From Isurus oxyrinchus (taxonomy: Eukaryota), in assembly GCA_026770705.1 (NCBI GenBank), contig JANJGN010000121.1:62001-126000 (forward strand): a DNA stretch of 64,000 nucleotides, given 5' to 3'. The notes under the pieces were generated by a model. It did not search any database, had not been told where the DNA came from, and worked only from the letters and a program-made list of their open reading frames with translations. Made by a program: the position numbers and the translations under genes. Shown here in pieces: positions 36,301 through 47,100 of this stretch. Numbering within the stretch: position 1 is the first letter of the stretch; every line of letters starts with the position of its first letter.

Positions 36301-37216
36301 CTTGTGACAGTTCAACTGGGGAGAGAAATATCAATATTTAACTCTGGATGGTTTGTAGATCCACTAGACTCGATATCCACCCCCTCCATCTCTGGAGCAC
36401 AGTGGCTGCAGTGAGGACCATCTACAGGACACACATGGAACTCCCCAAGGTTTCATAATGGATGGAAGAGAATCCTGGACACAGGAGTGGACAAGTTCAT
36501 TCTACATTGGCTCATGGTCCTCAGGACCCTGTTTAGTGAAGCCAGTCTTCCACCCAACGCAGTGTCTACAAGATACACAGGGAAACTGTGTAAATATCTC
36601 ATCTCTCTAAACTGACTGGCTTGGCTTCGGTTTAACTTTCAGTTATTTTACTTCCTTATTGTGGTTGCTATGGTGAAACTGTGCAGGAAGTGCGAGGGCT
36701 GGACTCTCTGTCTATTCTGACTGCAGCTGTGATGTGGTCGTTGTGGTTTTCAGTAAAATGAAACCCTCTGAGCTCCTCCATCCCCGAGGTTTAGGGAGTG
36801 AATTCCAGAGCTCAGGCCCCAGGCAGCTGAAGGCCCAGCCGCCAGTATTGGAGTGATGGGAATCGAGGGATGGTCAAGAGGCCGTATTGGGAATAACACA
36901 GAGATCTGGGACGTTGGTTGGGAGAGTTGCAGGAGGTTACAGAGATAAGGACGCAGTGTGAGGCAATGGATGCATTTGAACAAAGAGATGTGAATTTTAA
37001 GTTTGAGATGTTGTAGGACCAGGAGTCAGATAGTTTAGGGGTGATGGGTGAATGGGACTTGGTGTGAGTTTGTACACTGGCTCACTGCTGAATCGGTTCC
37101 CAATCACAGCTCCATAAGAATGTTCTTTTACAAAGACTATTCACCATAAATCTGTCCGAGCTGACGATGATATTACCTTGGAGAAGTGACAGGAGGAAGT
37201 AAGATTTCCCGATCAT
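24325..37216 (-). CDS. Gene 2: Siglec/MAG-like receptor (leader-V-D2-C2-D5like-TM-cyt), possibly with impaired tail
   Basis: Exons 37177-37216, 35947-36315, 34792-35088, 32352-32633, 30028-30321, 28537-28633, 27758-~27839, 24325-24573; an assembly gap lies inside. Confidence 0.85.
24718..25311 (+). repeat. 33-bp minisatellite at the intron position equivalent to 3137-4250
   Basis: Direct inspection. Confidence 0.93.
25440..26810 (+). repeat. 36-bp minisatellite (CCCTCCCTATCTCTGTAACCTCCTCCAGCCCCTACA)n within an L2-like 3' end
   Basis: Direct inspection; shorter arrays at 30636-30825 and, reversed, 50470-50900. Confidence 0.93.
26897..27622 (+). mobile_element. Solo LTR, same family as 19465-20292
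   Basis: TGTCATGA start, shared internal sequence, flanked by (a)gagac-like duplication; absent from the gene 1 intron. Confidence 0.7.
27758..27839 (-). CDS. Gene 2 first cytoplasmic exon with mutated acceptor
   Basis: ttattgcaa|G where gene 1 has ttattgcag|G. Confidence 0.7.
28537..28633 (-). CDS. Gene 2 transmembrane exon (GRDSSKWTVGLFTAGIMLSVFLFGMFIFICVRK)
   Basis: 97 nt, paralog of 5231-5327, splice sites intact. Confidence 0.9.
29165..29680 (+). repeat. AT-rich ~40-bp minisatellite
   Basis: Repeats of taatctatgtaacatttatatataatatttatcaatg. Confidence 0.9.
30028..30321 (-). CDS. Gene 2 membrane-proximal Ig domain, MAG domain-5-like
   Basis: 294 nt, phase 1-1; KPEISQQSECTRRSEGVTCVCVATSNPAGDLTWHLPSANIS resembles the MAG D5 pattern S.C......CxC...SNP.....LPS.N. 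Confidence 0.85.
30930..32020 (+). mobile_element. Penelope-like element 3' fragment with GIY-YIG endonuclease
   Basis: ORF 31177-31506 LIYCIHCSQCGLLYMGQTKHRLGDRSDEH...CHFN...LNIEF. Confidence 0.8.
32022..32300 (+). mobile_element. RTE-like LINE 3' fragment
   Basis: MLRISWMDRKTNEW...TIEGEIESK pattern; truncated copy at 5875-6090. Confidence 0.55.
32352..32633 (-). CDS. Gene 2 Ig C2/I-set exon
   Basis: 282 nt, nearly identical to the gene 1 C2 exons. Confidence 0.9.
33048..33307. other. Assembly gap inside gene 2
   Basis: Run of N adjoining a TG repeat. Confidence 1.
33980..34420 (+). mobile_element. CR1 LINE 3' end
   Basis: ttcttcactcagagggtggtcaatctgtggaattctc...tttctatgt tail. Confidence 0.75.
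34792..35088 (-). CDS. Gene 2 Siglec domain-2 exon
   Basis: 297 nt; paralog of 8809-9105; extra Cys in TLCCRV. Confidence 0.9.
35947..36315 (-). CDS. Gene 2 Siglec V-set exon
   Basis: 369 nt; YFFRIE Arg present. Confidence 0.92.
37177..37216 (-). CDS. Gene 2 signal-peptide exon (MIGKSYFLLSLLQ), single cassette extending to ~37810
   Basis: Same 40-nt leader; exon-1 donor at 37667; PU.1-like site at ~37795. Confidence 0.85.
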
Positions 37217-38029
37217 TGTCCACTCCCAGATATTTCCTCAGCATCTAACTCTGAAGTTCTGAAAGAGAAAGGAGTTAATGAGACCTCACCTCTTGTCCAA
37301 CAGCTCTCGAGAGATCAGAACTGCTTTTAGACAATGTCTTCACAGAATAGTTTGATTCTCTGTGGGATGATAGGTGCTCTGCAGAGAGTTACAAGGCTTT
37401 AAGAAGGTAAAACAATGAAGGACTTGCATTTCCATAGCACCTTTCACCACCTCAGGATGTCCCAAAGCTCATGTCTCTGCAATTCCCTCATCCCTTGAGC
37501 TAGAAAGATGTTCTGTACAACAGACTTGAGCCTCACACCCAGATCTCAATAATCAGTAGAAATCTTTCAAAGGCATCAATCATTGGAATCTGTCTTTATA
37601 AAGTCACAACATCAACAAAGGACGGTGTTGGTGGTGGAAGTGAATTCCAATCGTTCCGTTACTTACCCAGGACCTGTCCGACTGCTCGCCTGGGGAGGAA
37701 CTGCCCACACGCTCTGCTTGGGCTGAATGACCTCTTCCTGTGCTGCTCCCTCTGTGTGTTTAATTAGAAAGGGTGGATGTGTCACTGTGAGTCAAAATGA
37801 GGAAGTGGGTAATGAGTGAGAAGTTCGAGGATGTTTTGTGCTCTCAGCAAAACGTTTACCATGTGTGATCTGTCAGCTCATATTTGGGCAGCTGTAGTCA
37901 TCAAGCTTCTCCATTGGCTCCGTGGGATTAGACCCCTCCCCCTCATCTCAGAGGCTGAAGCGCAGGCGATAGAATTCCCAAATCAGGTCTCTGGCCGTAT
38001 GATACATGTTGACAATCCCTGATATCATT

Positions 38030-39680
38030 ACTGAAGGAGTGCTGCACTGTCAGGGGTATAGTACTGAGGGAGTGCTGCACTGTGTGAGGGTCAGTACTGA
38101 GTGAGTGCTGCACTATCAGAAGGTCAGTAATGTGGGATTGCTGCACTGTCAGAGGGCCAGTAGTGAAGGATTGCTGCAATGTCGGAGGGTCAGTACTGAG
38201 GGAGTGCTGCACTGTCAGAGGGACAGTAATGTGGGAGTGCTGCACTGTCAGAGTGTCAGTAATGTGGGAGTGCTGCATTGTCAGAGGTTCAGTAATGTGG
38301 GAGTTCTGCACTGGAAGAGGGTCATTAATAAGGGAGTACTTCACTATCAGGAGTATAGTACTGAGGGAGTGCTGCACTGTGGGAGGGTCAGTACTGAGCG
38401 AGTGCTGCACTGTTAGTGGGGTCAGTACTGAGGGTCTGCTGCACTGTCAGAGGGTCAGTAAAGTGAGAGTGCTGCACTGTCAGAGGGCCAGTAGTGAAGG
38501 AATGCTGCAATGTCGGAGGGTCAGTACTGAGGGAGTGCTGCACTGTCAGAGGGACAGTAATGTGGGAGTGCTGCACTGTCAGAGGGTCAGTAATGTGGGA
38601 GTGCTGCACTGTCAGAGGGACAGTAATGTGGGAGTGCTGCACTGGAAGAGGGTCCTTAATGAGGGAGTGCTGCACTGTCAGAGGATCAGTAATGAGGGAG
38701 TGCTGAACTGTCAGCGGGTCTGTACTGAGTGAGATTTGCACAGTCGGAGGGTCAGTATTGAGGGGGTGCTGGACTGTGGGATGGTTACTACTGAGGTAGA
38801 GAGGAGTGTGAGAAGATATCCTTTCATGGCAATGTTTAACTGGAATTTATTTAAACAGAGATTCTAGTACTGTGTGTTATTGCTAAAGAAAGGATATGAG
38901 GAACTAAGTCTTGTTCCCCTCAGCCTAAAAATAATTTTCACCGATTTCAATGATTTAGCATTGAAACCTCCCTCTTTGGGCACCAGTCTTGATTTAAACA
39001 ACTCGCACAGCACTGTGGGAGGGTGAGTACTGAGGGTGTGCTGCACTGTGGGAGGGTGAGTACTGAGGGAGTGCTGCACTGTGGGAGGGTGAGTACTGAG
39101 GGAGTGCTGCACTTTGGGAGGGTGAGTACTGATGGAGTGCTGCACTGTGGGAGGGTGAGTACTGAGGGTGTGCTGCACTGTGGGACGGTGAGTACTGAGG
39201 GAGTGCTGCACTGTGGGAGGGTGAGTACTGAGGGAGTACTGCACTGTGGGAGTGAGAGTACTGAGGGATTGCTGCACTGTGGGAGGGTGAGTACTGAGGG
39301 AGTACTGCACTGTGGGAGGGAGAGTACTCAGGGAGTGCTGCACTGTGGGGGGGAGAATCCTGAGGGACAGCTGCATAGTGGGAGTTTGAATACTGATGGA
39401 ATGCTGCCCTGTCAGAGGGTCTGTACCTAGGGAGTGCTGAACTGTTGGAAAGTCATTAGTGATGGAGGGGTACAGTATCAGAGGGTCAGTGTTCAGGGAT
39501 TGTTGCACTGTCAGAGTGTCAGCCATGAGGGAGTGCTGCACGGTCAGAAGGTCAATGATGACGGGGTGCTGCACTTGAAAAGGGTCAATAATGAGGTAGT
39601 GCAGCACTGTCAGAGGGACAGTAATGAGGGAGCGCTGCACTGACGGAGGGTCAGCACTGAGGAAACGCTGCACTGTCAGT
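38030..39680 (-). repeat. Degenerate 33-bp minisatellite block between genes 2 and 3
   Basis: Direct inspection; interrupted at ~38800-39005; a further short block at 60390-60570. Confidence 0.9.
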
Positions 39681-40327
39681 TCTGAGTGTGGTCTGCACTG
39701 TCCTATGTGCATTCTAGGCACTGCCCAAGATTCCGCCTGATGTCTGTGTAACAACAACATCATGTACACATCGAGAATATTTCTTACTGTGTCTGTGCAG
39801 CAAGACAGCTTTGGAATGGCAACACCACTGGCAGGAATGTGAAACTACAATGTGACATGTTTACATTGGAAATTTCTATTATAAGGATGGGCACAGGAAT
39901 TTATATAATAGAGAAAATGTGACAACAAGAAGCTTTTCTTTGAGGCAAGAATCTGGCAGCAAAATAAGAATTTTAATCTATAAGTATCTACAGAACAGGC
40001 TGAGCATTTTAATCACTTGTGTTAATCAATGTAATTTTATTCATAACCCAAATGCTTCTTACAATCTATCACAGCATGAAAAAGGTGCAGCATTCAGAAA
40101 GCACATTCCAATCAGAGAACAGAGTTTAGCAACGTCACATTTCTGTTCATTCCTATTCGACCATGTTGGCTGCACACAGCCAGACAATGCCGTGGTTATG
40201 ATGTGTCCACACAGCAGGACTGGGGAGCACCAGGTATAAGGAAAAGTTTCAGCTTGCTGAGGAGAAGAAGGAGAATCTCTCGTTCCAGGTTACTCTCCGT
40301 ACATTAAGAAGCAGGCATGCCGATGTT

Positions 40328-40378
40328 TCATTGCACTCTGTCTGCTGATGGGAGTCCGCTTGGAAATTGCTGTTTGTG
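40328..40378 (-). CDS. Possible gene 3 terminal exon (HKQQFPSGLPSADRVQ*)
   Basis: Acceptor ttattctttccatcag|CAC, in phase 0 with the damaged donor AAA|ggaagt at 41044; followed by 3' sequence shared with genes 1 and 2. Confidence 0.4.
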   Translation of the reverse strand, partial: HKQQFPSGLPSADRVQ

Positions 40379-40391
40379 CTGATGGAAAGAA

Positions 40392-41003
40392 TAAGCTTTT
40401 CATAAATCGAGGGATTGAGTACAAACACAGGGAGGTTATGCTGAACATTTATAAAGCTCTGGTTAGGTCACAACTAGAGTATTGTGTCCAGTTCTGGTCT
40501 CCTCACTTTGGGAAGGAAGTGAGGGTCCTTGAGAGGTTAGGGAGGAGATTGAGCAGAATGGGTCCAGAGATGAGGGATTTTAGCTACAAGGTTGGGTTGG
40601 AGAAGCTGGGGTTGTTCTCCTTGGAGCAAAGGAGATTGAGGGGGGATCTGATCGAGGTGTACAAGATGATGATGCGTTTAGATCAGGTAGACAAAGAGAA
40701 GCTGTTGCCATTAGCTGATGGTACAAGGACTGGGGGACACAGATTGAAGGTTGTGGGCAGAGGGGGGATGTGAGGAGGAACTTTTTTACACAGCGAGTGG
40801 TAATGAGCTGGAACTCGCTGCCTACGAGGATGGTGGCAGCGGAGACGATGAACGATTTCAAAAGGAAATTGGACGGACACTTGAGGGGAAATAAACTTGA
40901 AGGGCTACGGGGATAGAGCGGGGGAATGGGACTGACTGTATTGCTCTACAGAGAGACAGCATGGAGTCGATGGGCTGAATACCGTCCTTCTGTTCCGTAA
41001 TAA
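40392..41003 (+). mobile_element. CR1 LINE 3' fragment, antisense to and just 3' of the gene 3 TM exon
   Basis: YKALVRSQLEYCVQFWSPH...LEKLGLFSLEQRRLRGDLIEVYK. Confidence 0.85.
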
Positions 41004-41023
41004 GATTGTTGCTGCACAAAGCT

Positions 41024-41163
41024 TCAAACAGTCTGTCGACTTCCTTTCACTGTTTGTCTCTCCCAGACACAGACTCCAGCGATAGTGATAACCACAGCCA
41101 CAAGGAATATCACAGCTCGTATTCCCAGGATCAGGATCACGTGCAGAATCTCTCCTCCACTGT
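41024..41163 (-). CDS. Gene 3 TM/tail exon (SGGEILHVILILGIRAVIFLVAVVITIAGVCVWERQTVKGSRQTV*)
   Basis: Acceptor ttctgtgtgttctctag|AC, phase 1; hydrophobic helix containing Arg; no Tyr; this frame is absent from the ORF track. Confidence 0.8.
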
Positions 41164-44100
41164 CTAGAGAACACACAGAAAGAAATCATCACTGACTCTC
41201 CGCTTTCAATCTCTCACTCTGGCTGAACAATCAAGCTTCATATCACTGCAACATTTGCTGTAATATTGACCCATCCACTGGGATTCAATGTGGAATGAAT
41301 GTTTTCATTGTAAACACTCTAAGAGTGGACAATCGGAACTTTCCCCTTAGCGTGGAACATTGGTGCGAATGGATCATTGTGCTGTTGGACTCCCTGTCCA
41401 ATGTTTCTCTCCATCGCTGTGTACAGGATTGTGCTGTAGAAAATTCTGGAAACGTTTAGTGCCGGGTGGAAATCCATCTCGGACGCGTGTGCGAATCGGG
41501 CAGGATCGAGATGGACTCCCCCACGGACTTACACCCCCCGCTTAATAAACAGTTCCAATCTTTACCCAGAGAGAGGGGAGAATGTGGAACTCGCTCCCAC
41601 AGGGAGTGGTTGAAGTGAGTAGTAGCAAATTGGGAAGTGAAATTGCTTGAAAAGCTGGGAGATGCAAGGGTTAAGTGCTACCATGCCACCACTGGTGGCA
41701 GAGTGTAACTGCAGCGTGACGTTTACATAGGCAATCCCCATTATGAACTTGGACATTGGACATCATGTGCAAAATGGGCTCTGGAAAGGTGAGAACATGA
41801 TGTAAGCTTTTCACCAACAGAAATTCCTTCATAAACCTCTCCATCTCTCTCTTACTGTCAGATACTCAAACAACATTTCACACAGAATTACATAAGGAGG
41901 AGTTGGGACAGGTGACTGGTCAAAGGGTTAGGTTTCAGGAAGCTTTTTAAAGGAGGATAGAGAGTTAGAGAGGCAGAGAGTATCTGTGAGAAACTCTGTG
42001 CATCTGGGTGTCTAATAGACTTTGCAATTTCCGCGTTCTTCCATAAACTTGAAAGGGAATACAACTCCCAGAATCCATGTCAACTCTCCGGTGCAGCACT
42101 GAGGGAGGTCAGGTAACCCACGGGGGAGAATGTGTTAGTGTGTTTGTTTGTGAGTGTGTCCTTTTGTGTGCTCATACATGTGGGATTGTGTGTCTGCACG
42201 TGTCTATTTAGGTTTGTATATTTGTGTGTGTTTGTGTAGTGTTTGAATCTGAGAGAGCTGTTGAAGTCTTTGTACACTCACGTTCCACAGTGATGGTTAT
42301 GAAACCCTCCACTGCTCCATGTTCATTCTCTGCCACACACTGATAGTCTCCAGTGTCCCTGGATGTAACATGAGGAATCACGAACCACAGCTCATTGTTG
42401 GAACTTGTTCTGTTCATTGTGATATTCAGATGTCAGGGCAGGACTCAATATGACAGATCACAGGTTTACCAACAGGAAGTGAACAACAATTTATATTTAA
42501 TGGGAAGAGAGTGCTGATTGATTGGCAAGTGGTCTCTGATTGGAGGAGGTGTTGCCATGGAAAATAATGTGTGCGAGCTGTAAAGTTTTGGCAGATTGTC
42601 TCTTCATTCAGCAATAATCATATAAAGATCAGTTAACTTCTATCGACTGTGAAGCACTTTGAGAGGTCTGAGAATGTGGATACTGAGAACGGGCTGCACT
42701 GTCAGAGGGTCAGCGCTGAGGGAGTGCTGATGTAGAATGAAGGGTGTCCGTTCTTACCTTGCACAGTTAGTACGAGGGTACGCTCCGATGAAACAGATGG
42801 ATATCTCACTCTGCAGCTGAGAGTGTGTCCGTGGTGTTTGAGTGATGGGATCAGGGTCAGAACAGAAGTATAGGACAGAGTGACACCATGCTGAGTTACA
42901 GTGTTTGAGACTGATCCAGGTACGTCAGTGGGAGTGTCCCAGGTTAAGACAGATGCTGCTGTTCCATTGCACGTTGTGTTGAAGGTGCAGCTTACATCCA
43001 CACGCTTTCCTGCAATAATTTCAGCAGGGAATATCGTGGGTTTATCTGTGAAATCTAACAGAGAGGGAATGGATCCTTTTAGAGAAATATAACGTGAAGC
43101 ATCAGTTCAAATAGAAATCACAGTCCCACAAGAGAAAGCACTTTTACAAGAATGATATCAGAACTGAGAGGTTACAATGATCAGGATAGAATTTCCTGCT
43201 TAGAGACTTTGGTGTTTCTGTCTCTCAGCTTAATACACGTTCACTCCGAGACACTTGAACTGATAATAGTGGGTGAGGGTGGAGGAGCAGACCAGAGTTT
43301 GGAGTGCACTACCCCATCATTCACTCAGCGATCTGGGCCATTTATTACTTTGCAATTTGTGGGAGCTTGCTGTGTGCAAATTGGCTGCTGTGTTTCTCAC
43401 ATTATAACAGTAAATACAATTCAGGAATCAGCTCATTGGCTGTGAAGTGATTTTGTAATTGCTGAGGTGGTGAAAGGCCCTATAGAATTGGACAGAATTC
43501 GAGAGATCGATGGGAGTGGATAACCTGATAACATTGATGGACACAGTCAATATACTTAATCATTGATATTAAAGTGAGTATTAGAGGTTGCTTTAGGACT
43601 GAACTGGAAGCTATCATCAGGTTATTGAGAATCAGACAGTGTGTTATAATATGCTGTGTTTTGTGTTAATATGTAAACATCACAGATTGTGTTATTTCCC
43701 ATTGAGTGTTGAACGTGAATTGTTGAGTAATTATAACACAGCACTTACCAGAAACGTGAAGCTGGGTTACAGGGTAATAGTTATGGCTCGGACCATTGTC
43801 AAATTCTAGTCTGAAAAAATAAGGTCCTGCATCTCCCCATCTGATATTGTTTATAATCAGGGAACAGTCGCCATCTTTCAGGTCTCCAGACAGCCGGGAC
43901 CGATGGCGGAACCGTGGTAACTCGTGACTGTGATCCTTGGAGTGAAAGGCAATGGGAGCCCAGGGAATCTGTTTCTCATTATTAAACCAGACTCCACCTC
44001 GCGGTTGGTTTTCCAGAAACGATGGATAACTGTAATGACATGCAATCTGTACACACGAACCTTCCTGAGCTGTCACCTCTCGTGGAGTGTCACCTTTCCA

Positions 44101-47100
44101 CTCTTGTGACAGTCCAACTGGGGAGAGAAATCTCAATATTTATCTCTGGATGGTTTGTGGATCCACGAGACTCAAAATTTACAGATGAGGCTGAATTGGG
44201 GGGATGGTCAATACTGAGGAGAATGGCAACAAATTATTTTGGCAGGAAGAATAGAAAAACAGAATATTATTTAAATGGAGATAGGCTGCAGAATGCAGTA
44301 CAGAGGGATCTGGGTGTCCTTGTACATGAATCACAGAAAGTCAGCATTCAGGAACACCACGGAATGAGGAAGGCAAGTGGAATGTTGGCCTTTATTGCAA
44401 AGGGATGGAGTATAAAAGGAGGGAAGTCTTGCAACAGCTGCACAGGGCGTTAGTGAGATTGTAACAGGATCATTGTGTACAGGCAGTTCAGAGAAGCTAC
44501 ACTGGACTGATTCCTGGGATTAAAGGGTTTGTCCTGTGAGGAAATGTTGAGCAGGTTGGGCCTGTATCCATTGGAGTTTAGAAGAATGAGGGGTGACCTT
44601 ATTGAAACATATCCGATTCCGAGGGGGCTTGACAGGGTGGATGCTGGGAGAATGTTTCCCCCTCGTGGGGGAATCTAGAACCAGGGAGCACAGTTTCGGA
44701 ATGAGGACTCTCCCATTTAAGACTGAGATGAGGAGGAATTTCCTCTCTCAGAGGGGCGCTAGCCTGTGGAATTCTCTTCCCCAGAGAGCAGTGGAGGCTG
44801 GGCCATTGAATAGACTCAAGGCTGAGTGAGGCAGGTTTTTGATCGACAAGGGAGTCAAGGGTTTGGGAGACAGGCAGGAAAATGGAGTTAAGGCAACAAC
44901 CAGATCAGTGAGAGCAGGCTCGAGGGGCCGAATGGCATTCTCCTGTCCCTATTTCTTATGTTCTTACATTCTTACCATCTTAAAATATTAAAGCTGCAGA
45001 ATAAACATGCAAGTGACTGACCCGCTCGACCCACCTTCCATCTGGGGGTCCCATGGGGAGGACCCTTCCTGAGCCAGATCCACCAGCCAACATGGTCTGG
45101 ATCCGAGCACAGGAGACACTGGGGGGAGTGACTAACAGGCTCCTTGTGACAGGCCCCGTCTGTCCAATGGCTGGCTTTCAGCTGCCAAGGCCAGAGTGGT
45201 CCTTGCTAAAACCGGCTCAGGACAGGCCAGGACCCCTGTGCAGACCCCCTCCAGCGCTGCAGCCTCTGTACAAACCCCTCATGCGCTTGTGGAGAGACAC
45301 AAACAAGGCTGCACATTACCGAGGAGAATCCCCTCTATGGACTAAGGGGCTGACTCATCACCTTAAACTCAGCAAATGAGGAGGCTCTCGTTCGGTATCG
45401 GGGCTTGGCATTCGCTCAATAAAAATAATCAAATGACATTTTGGTCAGAAATCTAAGGAGGTTGTACATTCCCTCAAAAATAAGACTCGATCTGGGGTCG
45501 AGGGTCAAAGGGCAACAACTTATATTTTCACAACAACTTTAACATGACAAATCACTCCAAGGTGCTACACAGGAGCGTCATAAAACAAAGTATGTCACCC
45601 AGACACATGTGGAGATATTAGCGACAGCTGGCCAGAAGAGGTCGGTGTTATGGAAAGACAGAGAGAAAGAGACAGAGAAACACAGCGAGAGAGAGAGAGG
45701 GAGAGGGAGAGGGAGAGGGAGAGGGAGAGGTTTAGGGTGGGAACACTAGGGTGGTGAAAGGCGCTGTAGAAATTTAAATCTTTTTTCTGTCGATATGTCA
45801 GACTTCAAGACAGGATTTGAGAGATTGATGGGAGTGGATAAACTGATAACATTGATAGACACAGTCAACACATTTAATCATTGATATTAAAGTGAGTATT
45901 AGACATTGCTTTAGGACTGAACTGGAAGCTATCACCAGGTTATTGAGAATCAGACAGTGTGTTATAATAAGCTGTGTTTTGTGTTAATATGTAAACATCA
46001 CAGTTTGTGTTATTTCCCATTGAGTGTTGAATGTGAATTGTTGAGTAATTATAACACAGCACTTACCAGAAACGTGAAGCTGGGTTACAGGATAATAGTT
46101 ATGGCTCGGACCATTGTCAAATTCTATTCTGAAAAAATAAGGTCCTGCATCTTCCCGTCTGATGTTGTTTATAATCAGGGAACAGTCGCCATCTTTCAGG
46201 TCTCCAGACAGCCGGGTCCGATGGCGGAACCGTGGTAACTCGTGACTGTGATCCTTGGAGTGAAAGGCAATGGGAGCCCAGGGAATCTGTTTCTCATTAT
46301 TAAACCAGACTCCACCTCGCGGTTGGTTTTCCAGACACGATGGATAACTGTAATGACATGGAATCTGTACACACGAGCCTTCCTGAGCTGTCACCTCTCG
46401 TGGAGTGTCACCTTTCCACTCTTGTGACAGTCCAACTGGGGAGAGAAATCTCAATATTTATCTCTGGATGGCTTGTGGATCCACTAGACTCAAAATTTAC
46501 AGATGAGGCTGAATTGGGGGGATGGTCAATACTGAGGAGAATGGCAACAAATTATTTTGGCAGGAAGAATAGAAAATCAGAATATTATTTAACTGGAGAC
46601 AGGCTGCAGAATGCAGTACAGAGGGATCTGGGTGTCCTTGAACATGAATCACAGAAAGTCAGCATTCAGGAACAACACGGAATGAGGAAGGCAAGTGGAA
46701 TGTTGGCCTTCATTGCAAAGGGATGGAGTATAAAAGGAGGGAAGTCTTGCAACAGCTGCACAGGGCGTTAGTGAGATTTTAACAGGATCATTGTGTGCAG
46801 GCAGTTCAGAGAAGCTACACTGGGCTGATTCCTGGGATTAAAGGGTTTGTCCTGTGAGGAAATGTTGAGCAGGTTGGGCCTGTATCCATTGGAGTTTAGA
46901 AGAATGAGGGGTGACCTTACTGAAACATATCCGATTCCGAGGGGGCTTGACAGGGTGGATGCTGGGAGGATGTTTCCCCCTCGTGGGGGAATCTAGAACC
47001 AGGGAGCACAGTTTTGGAATGAGTGCTCTCCCATTTAAGACTGAGATGAGGAGGAATTTCCTCTCTCAGAGGGGCGCTAGCCTGTGGAATTCTCTTCCCC

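Noticed and set aside
45053-45379. 108-aa ORF repeated three times (also 47371, 49671)
   Set aside because: Conserved only because it lies within the recent 2.3-kb duplication; no recognisable domain; antisense intronic.
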